A stretch of 63,403 nt of DNA from positions 1 to 63,403 of the forward strand of contig CAYPPG010000047.1 in the NCBI GenBank assembly GCA_964412555.1, in the 5' to 3' direction. The DNA comes from an uncultured bacterium. Its GTDB lineage: Bacteria; Hinthialibacterota; Hinthialibacteria; Hinthialibacterales; Hinthialibacteraceae. Below are positions 32,625-42,700 of the stretch, piece after piece (positions within the stretch are counted from its first letter, which is position 1; the number at the start of each line of letters is the position of its first letter). The notes under the pieces were generated by a model. It was not told the DNA's origin, ran no database searches, and worked only from the letters and a program-made list of their open reading frames with translations. Position numbers and translations under genes: made by a program.

Positions 32625-33665
32625 ATGAAACGACGACCATTTCTTAAAATTTTAGGTGCTGCTGCAGGTTCGACAGCAGTAGGAATAAATGCATCATTAG
32701 CGTCCGATTCCAGTGGAAAAAAGGTCAACGGTATGCCGTATCGCATTCTGGGGAAAACCGGCCTGCAAATTTCCAGCATTTGTTTCCCCGGCTTGGCACT
32801 GGTTCACGATACACAGGAAGACTGCAACCGAACATTGCACGAAGCCATTGAAGCGGGTGTAAATTACTTCGATAACGCTCCTGCCTATGGCAATGGCAAA
32901 TGTGTCAAGAGAATGGGAATCGGGATGCAGGATATACCGCGTGACCGTTACTACTTAGCCTGCAAAACCAAAAGGCGCGACAAAGAGGGAGCACGGCAAG
33001 AACTGGAGCAATGCCTCAAGGATCTAAAAACCGATTATTTTGATGTCTATCAATTACACCACCTCCGCACGGAAGAAGATGTCGAACAGGCGTTCGGTCC
33101 GGGCGGCTGCATGGAAACCTTTTTCCAGGCAAAAAAGGAAGGCAAAATCCGCTACATCGGTTTTTCTTCCCACACCACTAAAAGCGCTTTAGCCGCCCTT
33201 CGGCAATATCCCTTTGATACGATCATGTTCCCGATCAATTTTGTCGAGTATTACACCTTTGATTTCGGGAAGGAAGTCATGGAACTGGCCAATGAACGCG
33301 GAACAGGTATTCTCGGTATGAAAGCCATGTGTGGCGGTCTGTGGCCGGAAGGCATGGAACGGACGCGGCGGTGGTGGTATCGCCCATTGGAAGATGAGAA
33401 AGATATCCAACTTGCGGTTCGATTCACTCTCTCTCATGAAGGAGTAACAGCCGCAGTTCCCCCGGGCTTTTTGGATTTGATTCCCAAAGCGATCCAGGCA
33501 GCCAAACAGTTCAGCCCCGTCAATGAGAGCGAAAAACAAACATTGGCAGCCATGGCGAAAGATCGTTTATCCGTCTTCGAACGTCAACAAATCACCCATG
33601 CCGGCAGCCTTCCTCATATCGAAGCCGATGATTATTACAAATATATGCCCTGTGCCTATGCTTAA
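32625..33665 (+). CDS. Aldo/keto reductase with Tat-like signal
   Basis: KRRPFLK; YRILGKTG, FDNAPAYG, LKTDYFDVYQLH, IRYIGFSSH. Confidence 0.9.
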   Translation: MKRRPFLKILGAAAGSTAVGINASLASDSSGKKVNGMPYRILGKTGLQISSICFPGLALVHDTQEDCNRTLHEAIEAGVNYFDNAPAYGNGKCVKRMGIGMQDIPRDRYYLACKTKRRDKEGARQELEQCLKDLKTDYFDVYQLHHLRTEEDVEQAFGPGGCMETFFQAKKEGKIRYIGFSSHTTKSALAALRQYPFDTIMFPINFVEYYTFDFGKEVMELANERGTGILGMKAMCGGLWPEGMERTRRWWYRPLEDEKDIQLAVRFTLSHEGVTAAVPPGFLDLIPKAIQAAKQFSPVNESEKQTLAAMAKDRLSVFERQQITHAGSLPHIEADDYYKYMPCAYA

Positions 33666-33738
33666 TTGCTCCTTTTGACAACCACTTCTATTATCGAGTA
33701 TGATGAGACAAGATCAATCAATATGGAAAGGAATCCTT

Positions 33739-34914
33739 ATGCAAAAATTATTTACCCTTTTTAGCGTATTTTGTTTCGTGGCAGGATTAAGCCTTGTAGC
33801 ACATGCTCAATCTTGCATTGTCGAAATCGGGCCGTTTTCACAAGGAGAAACCGAATATCATCAACAATGGATTCAAGAAAAAATGGATGGCACAGAAGGG
33901 ATAGCGCCGACCTTTGTGTTTGCTCCGGGCGAATATGTGATTAGCAATCCAAACGGATTACTGGTTCCGGAAGGAGCGACTCTCATCATGGAAGGTGCAC
34001 GCTTTTCTCTTGCCGAGAAAATGACAGCAGATGGGCAATGTTTTCTTTTGGATCATGTCTCAAATGTTTCGTTTCGGGGCGGGGAAATCATTGGCAGCCG
34101 GGATACATGGGATCGCGGCACGAACATTGGGGGAATTCGCGTCCTGGGGGATGTCGAGTCTGTAAAGATCGCCGATATGACCTTCAAGAATCTATCCAGC
34201 AATGCTGTCGGCGTGTTTGGAGAAAGCGACGAGAAACCGATTCGAGATGTGACGCTCAAAAATGTAGTCGCGGTCAATTGCTGTAATTACTATGGTGATT
34301 ATCTACAGCCCGATAGTGGCCCGGCAAAAGGCAGCGACCGCAAAGATCAAGGCACAGTGGCCTTCTATCATGTGCTCGGGTGGCTGGTGGATGGATGCCG
34401 TTTTGAAGGGTCGCAGTCCGACGGCACTCATTTTTATCACAGCCATAACGGCATCTTCGTCAACAATGTCGTGATGGACAGTAAGATGGGTGGCTACTTT
34501 ATCGAAGGATGTGAGCAGGTTATAGTTTCGGAAAACCTTATCATGCGCAACGGTTCCAGGGGATGCACGATCGAACGCAACAGCCGCTACTGCACACTCA
34601 CGGATAACGTCGTTTGCTTCAGCGGGCGGGAAGGACTATGGGCGCCCGATGTATTGGCCGTCGTCGTTTCGTCGAATATTTTCCGTGAAAACGGACAAAA
34701 GGACGACAAAGAGCGGGATTGCGAAATTCGTCTCGACAATACAGACCATTTTGAAACCAATACGCGGGATATTCAAATCACCGACAATATGTTCTACACG
34801 AAAGAACATCAAACAGCTGCAATTTACATCGGCCAGGATATCAAGGATATCCGGCTCGAAAACAACATGCACCGAGGTCCTGCGAAAGTAATACACAACG
34901 CATCAAAGGAATAA
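33739..34914 (+). CDS. Secreted right-handed parallel beta-helix protein
   Basis: Signal peptide; FAPGEY followed by regular Asn-ladder repeats (V.NN.., EN.I..NG). Confidence 0.75.
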   Translation: MQKLFTLFSVFCFVAGLSLVAHAQSCIVEIGPFSQGETEYHQQWIQEKMDGTEGIAPTFVFAPGEYVISNPNGLLVPEGATLIMEGARFSLAEKMTADGQCFLLDHVSNVSFRGGEIIGSRDTWDRGTNIGGIRVLGDVESVKIADMTFKNLSSNAVGVFGESDEKPIRDVTLKNVVAVNCCNYYGDYLQPDSGPAKGSDRKDQGTVAFYHVLGWLVDGCRFEGSQSDGTHFYHSHNGIFVNNVVMDSKMGGYFIEGCEQVIVSENLIMRNGSRGCTIERNSRYCTLTDNVVCFSGREGLWAPDVLAVVVSSNIFRENGQKDDKERDCEIRLDNTDHFETNTRDIQITDNMFYTKEHQTAAIYIGQDIKDIRLENNMHRGPAKVIHNASKE

Positions 34915-34919
34915 ACATT

Positions 34920-35585
34920 CTAATACTCGCGTAAATAAGGATATAAAATCGATTGAATGGTCGGATCCTTGCTTTTTGCAAGCCGTTGTAAATCGTCGAA
35001 CGTATCCACATCATACCACTTCGGTAAAACTTCCAGCATAGCACCCGCACGGTTGATTTTCTGAAGTGTTGTTTCGAATACCCGCGATGTCGACCAGGGT
35101 ATATTGTGGAAAAGAGCGGGAAATGGGTGGGAAAGACCGATGAGATAATATCCTCCGTCATCACATGGACCAAGAACGACATCATTTTCTTTGAGATGAT
35201 GAAAAGCATCATCGAGGTATTCTATCGGTAAATCGGGGCTGTCGGTTCCTATCGCAATAATGCGTGAATAAGTTTGAAAACCTTGTTCAAAACCATGGAC
35301 AAGCCGATTTCCCAAATTCCCATCAGATTGGGATAAGTAATACCGATGGTCACCCAACCAGGAACGGAATTCCTTCTCTTTCTCGGCGGGGGCATAATAG
35401 ACAAGGCAATCAATTCCCAATTCATTATCCAACCTCTGAAACAAATATTCGACGAAATCGTGATAAAGACCGGCGGCGTTTTCATAACCGATTTCCTGGC
35501 CCAAACGGGTTTTTACCTGTCGTGGAGTCGGATATTTCACGAATACAAGTAAGGCATTTTGCCGATGAAAATGAGTCGAATTCAT
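34920..35585 (-). CDS. DUF2064/TIGR04282-family glycosyltransferase-like protein
   Basis: FVKYP....VKTRL, IGTDSP, LGPCDDGGYYLIG, IPWST, DVDT.DDL. Confidence 0.88.
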   Translation of the reverse strand: MNSTHFHRQNALLVFVKYPTPRQVKTRLGQEIGYENAAGLYHDFVEYLFQRLDNELGIDCLVYYAPAEKEKEFRSWLGDHRYYLSQSDGNLGNRLVHGFEQGFQTYSRIIAIGTDSPDLPIEYLDDAFHHLKENDVVLGPCDDGGYYLIGLSHPFPALFHNIPWSTSRVFETTLQKINRAGAMLEVLPKWYDVDTFDDLQRLAKSKDPTIQSILYPYLREY

Positions 35586-35603
35586 ATCTTTATTTAAAAA
35601 TCC

Positions 35604-35631
35604 TTGAACAGAATCGTTTCCCTTCTACACT
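35604..35631 (+). promoter_or_regulatory. Sigma70-type promoter
   Basis: TTGAAC-16-TACACT upstream of the dockerin-like gene. Confidence 0.45.
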
Positions 35632-35688
35632 AAAAACGTTATCAACTCATGATAATGATTTCTACCTGACATGGATTGAGTTCCTTTG

Positions 35689-35742
35689 GGTAAAGCAAGC
35701 GTCCCGCTTGCCTTTTTCCTGCAAGCGAGATCCTGTTCTACC
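35689..35742. repeat. Inverted pair of REP-like units
   Basis: GGTAAAGCAAGCGTCCCGCTTGCC plus an inverted degenerate copy GGTAGAACAGGATCTCGCTTGC; compare 56572-56597. Confidence 0.7.
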
Positions 35743-35773
35743 TATAAACGGAAAGAAGAACGCTAAAGAAACC

Positions 35774-36697
35774 ATGAAAAAACAATTTGTATATACCACT
35801 ATTTTTATTTGCATTATTCTGCTAAGCAATGGAACAACCCCATTTGCGCAAACCCGAGCATTCCCTCAAGCTCCTGTATTGCTATCTCCACCGAATGAAG
35901 CCTTGATTCGTTTCCCGGGAACCCAAATTCCTATACCGTTTTCCTGGGAAGCAGTGGAAGGAGCGGATTCTTACCAGATATTGATCTCGGTCGACAACCG
36001 TGATGTTGGATCGTTTGTCAGCCAAGAGACTTCGGCTGCGATTAATTTAAAATTGTCCATTTTAGAAAGCCAATCGACGGTTCGTTGGAGTGTTCGCGCT
36101 CTTCGGGGAAATGAGAAAGGCAATTACAGCGATATCTACAGTTTCAAATTCGGATTTGTCGGTACTCCGATTCCCGGCGGTCCGGTCTTGCCGACTCCCC
36201 TACCGGTTTCCACTCCTACTCCCTTACCCCCGCCACGTTTGTTGTCTCCGGAAGATCAAGCGTTCCTCGAGGGATTTTCCGTCGCGTTCGATTGGGAAAA
36301 TGTTACCGGAGCGGCTTCCTATCGCTTTTCACTTTTTCAAGATAATGAACCTTTCATTCAGAAAAATATCACCGACTCGGAACATCGGGAAACGATTTTT
36401 TGGCCCAATCAGGAAGTGTTTCAATGGAATGTGCGAGCCATAGGCTCCGGTGGGCGGCTCGGTTATACCGGACGGCGCTTTTCATTCACGCTTGGCGCAG
36501 GGATATTGCCGACTCCCACGGCGGTTCCATGGGATCCGGATATCAACCGTGACGGACTACTGGATGCCGTGGATGTATATTGGTTTGCACAAACATTCGG
36601 AACCAATGCGTCCCTCCCTGATTTTGACCGTTCGGGAATTACCAACCAGCGGGATTTACTTCATTTTTTGGAAGCGTATCGTGCCTTACATCGTTAA
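35774..36697 (+). CDS. Secreted protein: two Ig/FN3-like domains, PT linkers, C-terminal dockerin-like domain
   Basis: Signal peptide; two 'P.LLSP...F.W..V.GA.SY...W.VRA' repeats; Ca-loops DINRDGLLDAVD and DFDRSGITNQRD. Confidence 0.8.
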   Translation: MKKQFVYTTIFICIILLSNGTTPFAQTRAFPQAPVLLSPPNEALIRFPGTQIPIPFSWEAVEGADSYQILISVDNRDVGSFVSQETSAAINLKLSILESQSTVRWSVRALRGNEKGNYSDIYSFKFGFVGTPIPGGPVLPTPLPVSTPTPLPPPRLLSPEDQAFLEGFSVAFDWENVTGAASYRFSLFQDNEPFIQKNITDSEHRETIFWPNQEVFQWNVRAIGSGGRLGYTGRRFSFTLGAGILPTPTAVPWDPDINRDGLLDAVDVYWFAQTFGTNASLPDFDRSGITNQRDLLHFLEAYRALHR

Positions 36698-37486
36698 GGA
36701 GAATTCTGTCTCGTTTTCATTCATGACTTGGACCAGCTGGGCCAAAATACTGATCGCTACTTCCGCGGGAGAATGACCTCCGATCGGCAGGCCGATGGGG
36801 GCATGGACACGATCGAGTTGCTCCTCTTGAATCCCTTCCTCTTTGAGATTCTCCCGTATGCGAAGGCACTTCATCTCACTTCCGATCATACCGATGTAAC
36901 GAGCAGGAGTACTAAGCGCGTCTTTCAAAACCTGTTGGTCATTGGCATGTTGGTAAGTAACGATAACAATAAAATCGTCTTCTGTCGGTTTCAACGATTC
37001 CATCGCTTTGGGAAACGAACCATAGGTCGGTTTGACATGAGCAGGATAGAGGTCCGGCCGGGTAAATTCTTCCCGATCATCATACACTATTACTTGTATA
37101 TCGATTTCTCCCGCCATGCGCGCCAATGTCTGGCCAACATGACCGGCTCCGAAAATCAGCAACCGTGGGAGTGTGCCAATTCTTTCGAGAAAAACTCGCA
37201 CTTCCCCCCCGCAGATACCACCGACACTCGTAGGCTCATTTTCCCGCAATGAAATATGAACCAGCCTTGCTTCTGCCGACTGCAGCACATTTTGCGCTTC
37301 TTCGATGACTTTTTTTTCAAATCCGCCGCCGCCAATGGTTCCTTCAATGGAACCATCGGGAAAAACAATCATGCGTGTTCCGGCTTTGCGAGGTGTGGAA
37401 CCATGCGATTCCACCATTGTAGCTAAAACCGCCGGTTTATTTTGGTCAAATAAAGTCTGAATTCGCTCGAAGATTCTCTCCACCAT
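36686..37486 (-). CDS. XdhC/CoxI-family molybdoenzyme maturation factor
   Basis: GSTPRKAG, GTIGGG, CGG, GAGHV, YIGMIGS, APIGLPIGG.SPAEVA. Confidence 0.92.
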   Translation of the reverse strand: MVERIFERIQTLFDQNKPAVLATMVESHGSTPRKAGTRMIVFPDGSIEGTIGGGGFEKKVIEEAQNVLQSAEARLVHISLRENEPTSVGGICGGEVRVFLERIGTLPRLLIFGAGHVGQTLARMAGEIDIQVIVYDDREEFTRPDLYPAHVKPTYGSFPKAMESLKPTEDDFIVIVTYQHANDQQVLKDALSTPARYIGMIGSEMKCLRIRENLKEEGIQEEQLDRVHAPIGLPIGGHSPAEVAISILAQLVQVMNENETEFSLTM

Positions 37487-37603
37487 ATCGATTCTCCGTG
37501 TACATTTTTTTAGCCAATCAAGCCTACTCATCAATCAATATTGTTGAACATTGTCTTAGATGTGCAGGATAAGCGAAGGGTGAATGGGATTCAATGGATC
37601 GTT

Positions 37604-38269
37604 TTATTCCAGATTCACGATTTTATCGACATCATCTTTTGTCCCAATAATTAATAGGGTTTGTCCTTCTTTGATTTCTGTTTCCGGTGTCGGAAAAATA
37701 TATTCGGAATCTTCCTCGGTTCCGGCTTCGTAAATAGCAATCACATTGATGCTATATTTCGAGCGAAGTTGCAATTCAAGAAGAGAATGATTCACAAACG
37801 ATTTCGGAGGCTTAATTTTCGCGGCGGCTAAATGAGAACTCAACGGGATCAAATCCAGCAGCGATTTTGCAGTAAGACGAACAGCGAGTTCACCCGCAAG
37901 ATCTTCCTCTGGATAGATCAAGTCATCCGCACCGATTTCGCGAAGAATTTGACGCTCCACTTCACTGGAAGCACGGGTAATCACCTTTTTTACACCGATT
38001 TTTTTCAGTAAAACAGTGGCAAGGATATTGGCTTCAAAGGCTTCGCCGATGCATACGATGGCAACATCGACATCTTTCACATCCTGCGCTTTTAGAGCAC
38101 GTTCATTGGTCGCATTCAGGCAAACGGCTGCGGTGACGTGATCTTTGATTTCATCGACTCTGTCCATATCGGAGTCAATGGCAATCACTTCCGCACCATG
38201 TTCTGAAAGCTTTTTTGCTAGACTATGCCCCAAAATACCAAGGCCAATGACTGCAAATTTCTTACTCAT
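37604..38269 (-). CDS. KtrA/TrkA K+ transport regulatory (RCK) subunit
   Basis: VIGLG..G, RCK_N and RCK_C domains. Confidence 0.9.
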   Translation of the reverse strand: MSKKFAVIGLGILGHSLAKKLSEHGAEVIAIDSDMDRVDEIKDHVTAAVCLNATNERALKAQDVKDVDVAIVCIGEAFEANILATVLLKKIGVKKVITRASSEVERQILREIGADDLIYPEEDLAGELAVRLTAKSLLDLIPLSSHLAAAKIKPPKSFVNHSLLELQLRSKYSINVIAIYEAGTEEDSEYIFPTPETEIKEGQTLLIIGTKDDVDKIVNLE

Positions 38270-38333
38270 ACTAGTTTTCCTTTTCATTCTCTCTCTACAG
38301 TGTAACAAATAAAGGACATATTATTCTGTTCTT

Positions 38334-40058
38334 TTATCCGACAATCACGGATTCGGCAGGATAGGAATACAATGCTTCATCCCGTTTTCTGGCCAAAGCC
38401 AGAAAAAGTGTTAAAGGCCCGACACGGCCAACAAACATGGTGACGATGATAATCACTTTTCCCAACGTCGATAACTGAGGAGTCACCCCCAGCGACAGAC
38501 CGACGGTTCCAAAAGCGGAAAACGCTTCAAAAACAAGATCAAAGAAGGGCAAATCCGGTTCGGTCCATGTCAACAACACGATCGTAAAAGCGACATAATT
38601 CGCGGCAAGGCCACTGATGACAAAAGCAGACCGCACAATTTTGTCGGATAATGTGCGGCGCAATATTTCGACGTGATTTCGCCCCCTCATCATCGATTTA
38701 CAAGCATGGAACAATACTCCGAAGGTAGAAACTTTGATGCCTCCGGCAGTTCCGCCCGGCGCTCCACCGATAAACATAAACATCATAAAGAGAACAAGGA
38801 GCCAAGGGGCAAGCATATGAAGTGAAATCGAATTGAAACCGGCAGTCCGAGTTGTCACCGATTGGAAAAGCCCCGCCCAGATGATTTCAGTCCAGCTGCT
38901 TTCCGACCAATCCCCCCCAAGAAGTATAAGAAGAAAACCGCCGCCGATTAGTATGAGAGACATTCTCCATACCAGCTGGGTGTGGAGACTCAACCGGTAT
39001 TTTTTCGATTTCCGGTTCGTTTTGGAGAGAATAAGCCGATATGATTCATTGATTACACTGAATCCGAGTCCGCCAAGAATAATTAAAAGAATGATGGGAA
39101 GATTGATCCAAATCGAACCGGTAAAATTCTCAAGGCTATTGGAGAAAGTTGAAAAACCGGCATTGCAAAAGGCGGAGATTGAATGAAATAAAGCGGTAAA
39201 GATGGAATCCTGTACCGATAAAGTAGATCGGAATCCCAAATAGAGAGGAATAGCACCAAGGAGTTCGCATAAGAATGTTGTGGCTACAATGGCCGGCAAG
39301 ATGGAAGAAACACGTCCTGCACCGTTTGTTTTTAGAATATCCTGCAATACATAGCGTCCTCTCATGCTCATCTTTTGTCCGAACGCCAATGCAAAGATAC
39401 CAGCGTAAGTCATAATCCCCAGCGCCCCCAATTGAATCAAAACAAGGATTATCGTCTGCCCCGTTCGGGAAAACGCCGTAGCCGTGTCGACTACAATCAA
39501 GCCAGTCACACACACGGCGGAAGTTGCGGTAAAGAGCGCATCGATTATTGAAATATTGGGCGTGAGTGTCCCGTGCGTTGCACATGGCAAAAGAAGAGCT
39601 ATAGCCCCAAGAAAAATGAGCAAAAAAAATGTGGATAAGACTGATGCAGCGGGAGACAATGATAGGAAAAATAACTTCTGACCTGCTTTTACAGCATAGG
39701 ATCCCACAGCACTCACAATATAAAGGTGCAAAGCAACTCTCAAAGAATGAACCGAATCGTCAAAAAGAAAAGAGATTTTGAAAAGAAAAAGAACAAACTC
39801 AAGAACCAAGATTCCAAGGAAAAAAAATTCCACACAATGCGCACGGAAAACACGCAGTTTTCCCTTCCTTCGAATACTATCCCATCCGAGTAGAAAAATG
39901 AAAATCAAAGCGACGAGAATTTCGAGGATTTGTAGCATACTTTCCAAAAATAGCGGAAAGATAAAACCGTAATCGAGAACAAGAGTAACAACCGCAAGCA
40001 GGCAAAGCAAAGGTAAAGTCAGTCGATCCTTGTGTTCAAAAGAAACATTCATTCTCAT
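38334..40058 (-). CDS. KtrB/TrkH K+ transporter membrane subunit
   Basis: SAVCVTGL, SAFCNAGF, TRTAGF, SAFGTVGLS pore motifs; extra N-terminal TM segment. Confidence 0.92.
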   Translation of the reverse strand: MRMNVSFEHKDRLTLPLLCLLAVVTLVLDYGFIFPLFLESMLQILEILVALIFIFLLGWDSIRRKGKLRVFRAHCVEFFFLGILVLEFVLFLFKISFLFDDSVHSLRVALHLYIVSAVGSYAVKAGQKLFFLSLSPAASVLSTFFLLIFLGAIALLLPCATHGTLTPNISIIDALFTATSAVCVTGLIVVDTATAFSRTGQTIILVLIQLGALGIMTYAGIFALAFGQKMSMRGRYVLQDILKTNGAGRVSSILPAIVATTFLCELLGAIPLYLGFRSTLSVQDSIFTALFHSISAFCNAGFSTFSNSLENFTGSIWINLPIILLIILGGLGFSVINESYRLILSKTNRKSKKYRLSLHTQLVWRMSLILIGGGFLLILLGGDWSESSWTEIIWAGLFQSVTTRTAGFNSISLHMLAPWLLVLFMMFMFIGGAPGGTAGGIKVSTFGVLFHACKSMMRGRNHVEILRRTLSDKIVRSAFVISGLAANYVAFTIVLLTWTEPDLPFFDLVFEAFSAFGTVGLSLGVTPQLSTLGKVIIIVTMFVGRVGPLTLFLALARKRDEALYSYPAESVIVG

Positions 40059-40228
40059 TACACATTCGACAATCGTTTATCGCCATTGTCCATTGAAGAT
40101 GGACGAATCACCACATAACCATAACAACATTTTCGAATCGAAAGGGGTATTTGTTCCGAACTCGGTTTCCGAAATCCCCATGAAAAAATAGATCTAAATT
40201 GTAAATGAAAATCAGGGAAGAGGCAGGT

Positions 40229-41101
40229 CTATAATACGATTCGCGATTGTTTCGAAAGCCGGTCTTTCATTGCTAACACAAGTTCGTATGAAAGAAAGGG
40301 GAGAGATTTGGTTTGACCGAGTTCTCCCTCATGTTTTAAATCTCCATGGTAATCCGAGCCGCCGGTAACGAACAATCCCAAACGCTTTGCCAATTTTGCA
40401 TAGGCTTGACTGTGTTCGATGGAACAATTTCCATGATACGCTTCCACTCCATCGATGCCAATTTTGTGAAAATGGAGAATTTCATTGAGAGTATCCTCTA
40501 AACTGCCGGCTTGAAGTTGATCGGGATGAGCCAAAACGGCCAATCCTCCGGCAGCGTGGATGATTTCAATGGATTCTTCCGGAGTGTAGACTTCTTTTGG
40601 AACGTACGCTAAGGCTCCGGTTGCCAAAAATCGGTCGAATGCTTCTTGATTCGATTGAACATATCCCCTCTTGACCATGGCCTGGGCGATATGAGGGCGA
40701 TTGATCACATCTCCACCAGCCAAAGCGGTCACTTCTTCCATCTCGAGAGAATAGCCGTATTGTTTCAGACGATGAAGAATTTGTGGGTTTCGCCGGTTTC
40801 GCGCATTGACGTACTCCCGCAATTTTTCTTGTAATACGGAATTGTGAATATCCGCATAATACCCCAGGATGTGTAGAGTACCGTGAGGATAAATAGCGCT
40901 GATTTCCACTCCCGGAATCACTTCTACACCGTACATCCGGCCGGCGTGTAAGGCTTCGGGAATCCCGGCGGTTGTGTCGTGGTCAGTAATGGCAACAGCG
41001 CAAAGATCGATGTGAGAAGCTTTTTCAATCAATTCGGCAGGAGTCAATGTACCGTCCGAATATCGCGTATGGACATGAAGATCGATTTTTTTTATATTCA
41101 T
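40229..41101 (-). CDS. PHP-domain phosphoesterase (TrpH/YciV-like)
   Basis: DLHVHT..SDG, TDHD, GVEIS, LAHP, GGSDYHG. Confidence 0.92.
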   Translation of the reverse strand: MNIKKIDLHVHTRYSDGTLTPAELIEKASHIDLCAVAITDHDTTAGIPEALHAGRMYGVEVIPGVEISAIYPHGTLHILGYYADIHNSVLQEKLREYVNARNRRNPQILHRLKQYGYSLEMEEVTALAGGDVINRPHIAQAMVKRGYVQSNQEAFDRFLATGALAYVPKEVYTPEESIEIIHAAGGLAVLAHPDQLQAGSLEDTLNEILHFHKIGIDGVEAYHGNCSIEHSQAYAKLAKRLGLFVTGGSDYHGDLKHEGELGQTKSLPFLSYELVLAMKDRLSKQSRIVL

Positions 41102-41104
41102 CTA

Positions 41105-41551
41105 TCAAATATGAAACATCGGGAAATTCAGATTTTCCTGGCGTTTGGCCAGGTCTTCGAATGATATATTGTCAATTATATTTTCGATCGCCTGCCGAAC
41201 CGTTTGCCAGATTGGAGTCAGCACACAATTCCCTTGATGAGGACAATCGCGAGTATCCGTTGAGGGTACACTGCATTTGAACGGGAGCAAAGGCCCCTCA
41301 ATCAAACGGATCACTTCTCCCAAGAAAATATTGCGTGGATGACGGGATAAACGATATCCTCCACCGGCGCCTCGACGGCTTTCGACCACCCCCGACCGCT
41401 TCAATTCCAATAAGATTTGGACCAAGAAGGGATGAGGGATGGATTGATCATTGGAAATCTCCTCCATCGTACGGACTTCGTCCGTATCGTATGTCTGTGC
41501 CAAATCGAGAATGGCAAGAATCGCATATTCACCTTTTGCCGATATCCTCAT
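41105..41551 (-). CDS. Rrf2-family regulator (IscR/CymR-like) with three C-terminal Cys
   Basis: SRRGAGGGYRL; C...C....C cluster. Confidence 0.9.
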   Translation of the reverse strand: MRISAKGEYAILAILDLAQTYDTDEVRTMEEISNDQSIPHPFLVQILLELKRSGVVESRRGAGGGYRLSRHPRNIFLGEVIRLIEGPLLPFKCSVPSTDTRDCPHQGNCVLTPIWQTVRQAIENIIDNISFEDLAKRQENLNFPMFHI

Positions 41552-41976
41552 TGTTGTTCACCTGTGATGCCATTCCAAATTCCATTGCAATTCAGTATAA
41601 TTTACAATTTTGTTTTATAAAATATCGCGTAAAAAACAACTTTCTCTTCACTAGAATTTTACACTTCAGAAGATAAATAAGAGAATTGAATCATGTCTTG
41701 TGTTCTTTTCACTTGAAATCCTGCCTTTCAACATAAATATAACATAATTGATCAAAATTGGAATATTTACAAAGGGATTCGAAAGAAATTTTTTCCATGA
41801 GACAGGATCAGGCAGCGATTGAAGGTAAAAAAGAAGGAATCTCGCCTTGATCTTCCCCTGTGCGAAAGGATTGATTACCAATACAATAAAAAATGATACA
41901 TTTTTTGTAAGAATCTGTAAGGATAGCAATACATTCATTCGTATTCATTGCCATGGAAAACTATTGGAGGTAATTT

Positions 41977-42690
41977 ATGACGGATGCCATCTTAGGGAAG
42001 AAGCCCTATTACACGATATGCATCAATATAACGGGGCGGCAATGTGTGGTTGTCGGTGGGGGAGATGTGGCCCGGCGCAAGGTGGCTTCTTTAAACGAGG
42101 CAGGGGCGAAAGTACTGGTAATCAGCCCGCAATTGGAATCAGTTTTGGAATATATGGCCTTTCAAAATGAGATTAAATGGAAAAAAGAGAAGTTTCACCC
42201 ATCGGATTTGGATAACGCCTATCTTGTAGTCGCCGCAACCGATGATCGGGAAGTGAATCACAAAATTGCAGAACTTTGCAAGAAAAAGGATATTCTTTGC
42301 AATGTCGTCGATGCTCCGGAAGAGGGAAATTTTATCGTTCCCAGTACGATTGAGCGGGGTTTGCTGACGATTGCTATTTCAACCTCGGGTGTAAGCCCTT
42401 CATTGGCGTCAGGTATTCGTCAGGAATTGGAAATGGCGTATGGGGAAGAATACGGTATGTTTCTCGAACTCTGCCAGCTGCTTCGTAAGAAAGTGATCGA
42501 TATGTTCCCTACCCAGCAAAGGCGTCAACAGGTTTTCGATCGAATGGTTTCTTCCCGCGCTCTTTCCCTTCTTCGAAGCGGAATGGTGGAAGAAGCTCAC
42601 AAGGAGTTGGAAGAAATCATCGTGGAGGCCGCCCGCAGCAATACGGCGGAAGTGGGTGATTCATTACCGATCATCAATCATGTCAAGTAG
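41977..42690 (+). CDS. Precorrin-2 dehydrogenase/sirohydrochlorin ferrochelatase (SirC/Met8/CysG-N)
   Basis: VVGGGDVARRK, AATDD, NVVDAP, ISTSG.SP. Confidence 0.9.
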   Translation: MTDAILGKKPYYTICINITGRQCVVVGGGDVARRKVASLNEAGAKVLVISPQLESVLEYMAFQNEIKWKKEKFHPSDLDNAYLVVAATDDREVNHKIAELCKKKDILCNVVDAPEEGNFIVPSTIERGLLTIAISTSGVSPSLASGIRQELEMAYGEEYGMFLELCQLLRKKVIDMFPTQQRRQQVFDRMVSSRALSLLRSGMVEEAHKELEEIIVEAARSNTAEVGDSLPIINHVK

Positions 42691-42700
42691 ATGGGCTTTA

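Noticed and set aside
34920-35585. Arsenosugar/selenosugar biosynthetic cluster
   Set aside because: Only the single GT-like gene is present; partner genes are absent from the window.
35264-35773. 170-aa N-terminal extension of the dockerin-like ORF
   Set aside because: It overlaps the opposite-strand GT gene, a promoter and REPs; the signal peptide starts at 35774.
40060-40228. c-di-AMP (ydaO) riboswitch upstream of ktrB
   Set aside because: The conserved GCUGAA and GUCAGCUAAC-like elements are not visible.
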